Below are positions 63,198 to 64,000 of a stretch of 64,000 nt of DNA, one piece after another. Source of the stretch: an uncultured delta proteobacterium. Its GTDB lineage: Bacteria; Myxococcota_A; Polyangia; Polyangiales; Polyangiaceae. The DNA is taken from assembly GCA_963763745.1 (NCBI GenBank), contig CAVXQJ010000001.1:2431-66430 (forward strand), written 5' to 3'. Each line of letters opens with the position of its first letter. Positions within the stretch are counted from its first letter, which is position 1. The position numbers and the translations under genes were made by a program. The notes under the pieces were generated by a model. The model was not told the origin of the DNA. It searched no databases and saw only the letters and a program-made list of their open reading frames with translations.

Positions 63198-63449
63198 GAT
63201 GCGCTTCATGAGGCCAGAGTACGTCTCGACGAGGTCGGCCGCTTTGGGGAGCGCGGCGGCCTCGGCGCGGTAGCGGCCTGACGTTCGCGGAGCGCGGCGC
63301 GCGCCGTCGTCGTCGAAGAGCAGGCGATCCATCGCGAGAAACGAACGCGGTCTCTTCGAGCACCTCGACCATCTCGATGGCCGTCGTGTACGGATTGTCT
63401 CGCGCGAGTGGCGCGAGGAATCGTGAAGAGACCGAGCGGCCACACGCGA

Positions 63450-64000
63450 AACGCGGGAGCGGCGCGGCCTCGTCGAGCCACGCGCGCAAGCGCTGGCGAC
63501 GGGGGCTCGGGAGTTTCGACGCGATCTCGTCCGTGCGCTTCCCGCGTGCGAGTTCACGCCGAGCACGACGGGAATGCCCCGACGCGATCGCCGACGCGAT
63601 CGTCGTCGCCGAGAAGTTGAAGCTGAGGAGCAAGTCGGCGGCGGCGAGCGTCTTCGCGAAACGCGCCGGGCTGCGCTGCGGGAGCCACGTGTAGCGATCG
63701 CCGAGCGCGTCATCGAACGGAAGGCGCGTCGGGCCCGACGTGCACGACGTGAACGCGCGTGCGCCAAGCCCGCGAGGCGCTCGCGCCGACGAGCTTCGGA
63801 AAGAGGAGCGCGAGGCGGCGTCCGCTCTCGTGCGCTTGGCTGTCCGGCTCTTGCCAGCGCGCGGACGTGAAGAGCACGATGCGATCGCCTTCGCGCGCGC
63901 CGAAGTCCGCGCGCATCTCTTCACGCTCTTCGGCGTCCAGTTCGGTCGGGCTCGGCAGCGCGTTGTAGAGGCCCTTCGCGCCGGTCGGGCGGTGCGAACG
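63450..64000 (-). pseudogene. glycosyltransferase (GT4-like) C-terminal part, frameshifted; gene continues beyond the window edge
   Basis: ...GDRIVLFTSARWQEPD...RRLALLFPKLV...VHVVHVGPD... then ...AKTLAAADLLLSFNFSATTIASAIASG|IPVVLGVNSH across three frames. The lower boundary is unclear. Confidence 0.35.

Noticed and set aside
1-64000. CRISPR arrays, rRNA genes, transposases or IS elements
   Set aside because: No regularly spaced short direct repeats, rRNA-like conserved stretches or transposase motifs (DDE, HTH-IS) were seen on either strand.

Overview
This 64-kb window is high-GC (~68-70%) and gene-dense, and its gene content suggests a Myxococcota-like genome. It carries many Ser/Thr kinases, PEGA, FHA, TPR and PilZ proteins, an ECF sigma/anti-sigma pair, MmpL, ComEC, and TSP3-repeat lipoproteins. 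Housekeeping anchors are rpoZ, hpt, rarA, yggS and a tRNA-Ser(TGA). I found no rRNA, CRISPR array, integrase or transposase. Three points stand out. (1) A compact, lower-GC (~55-58%) operon at 56.4-62.1 kb encodes two Flp-type pilins, a CpaA/TadV prepilin peptidase, three TadE/TadG-like pseudopilins and two unknown envelope proteins. It has no adjacent Tad secretion machinery (no secretin, ATPase or TadB/C), so it looks like a horizontally acquired Tad/Kil-like pilin module. (2) The first ~5.6 kb use a different codon style (CTG/GCC-rich, against CTC/GCG-rich elsewhere). The break falls inside a gene at ~5645, where the N-terminal membrane domain of a spermidine-synthase-like protein is fused to a 5'-truncated DHA2 MFS transporter. 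This suggests a chimeric join, either a misassembly or a recombination breakpoint. (3) Frameshifts are very frequent but clustered, at 0-8.6 kb, ~12.6 kb, 24.4-31.3 kb (an addBA-like helicase-nuclease pair with ~12 shifts but all motifs retained) and 60-64 kb. The 31-60 kb stretch is almost clean. Indel-only damage with intact motifs points to local sequence-quality problems rather than old pseudogenes, but I cannot settle this from sequence alone. The ORF track uses GTG/TTG starts, so several start coordinates are approximate.
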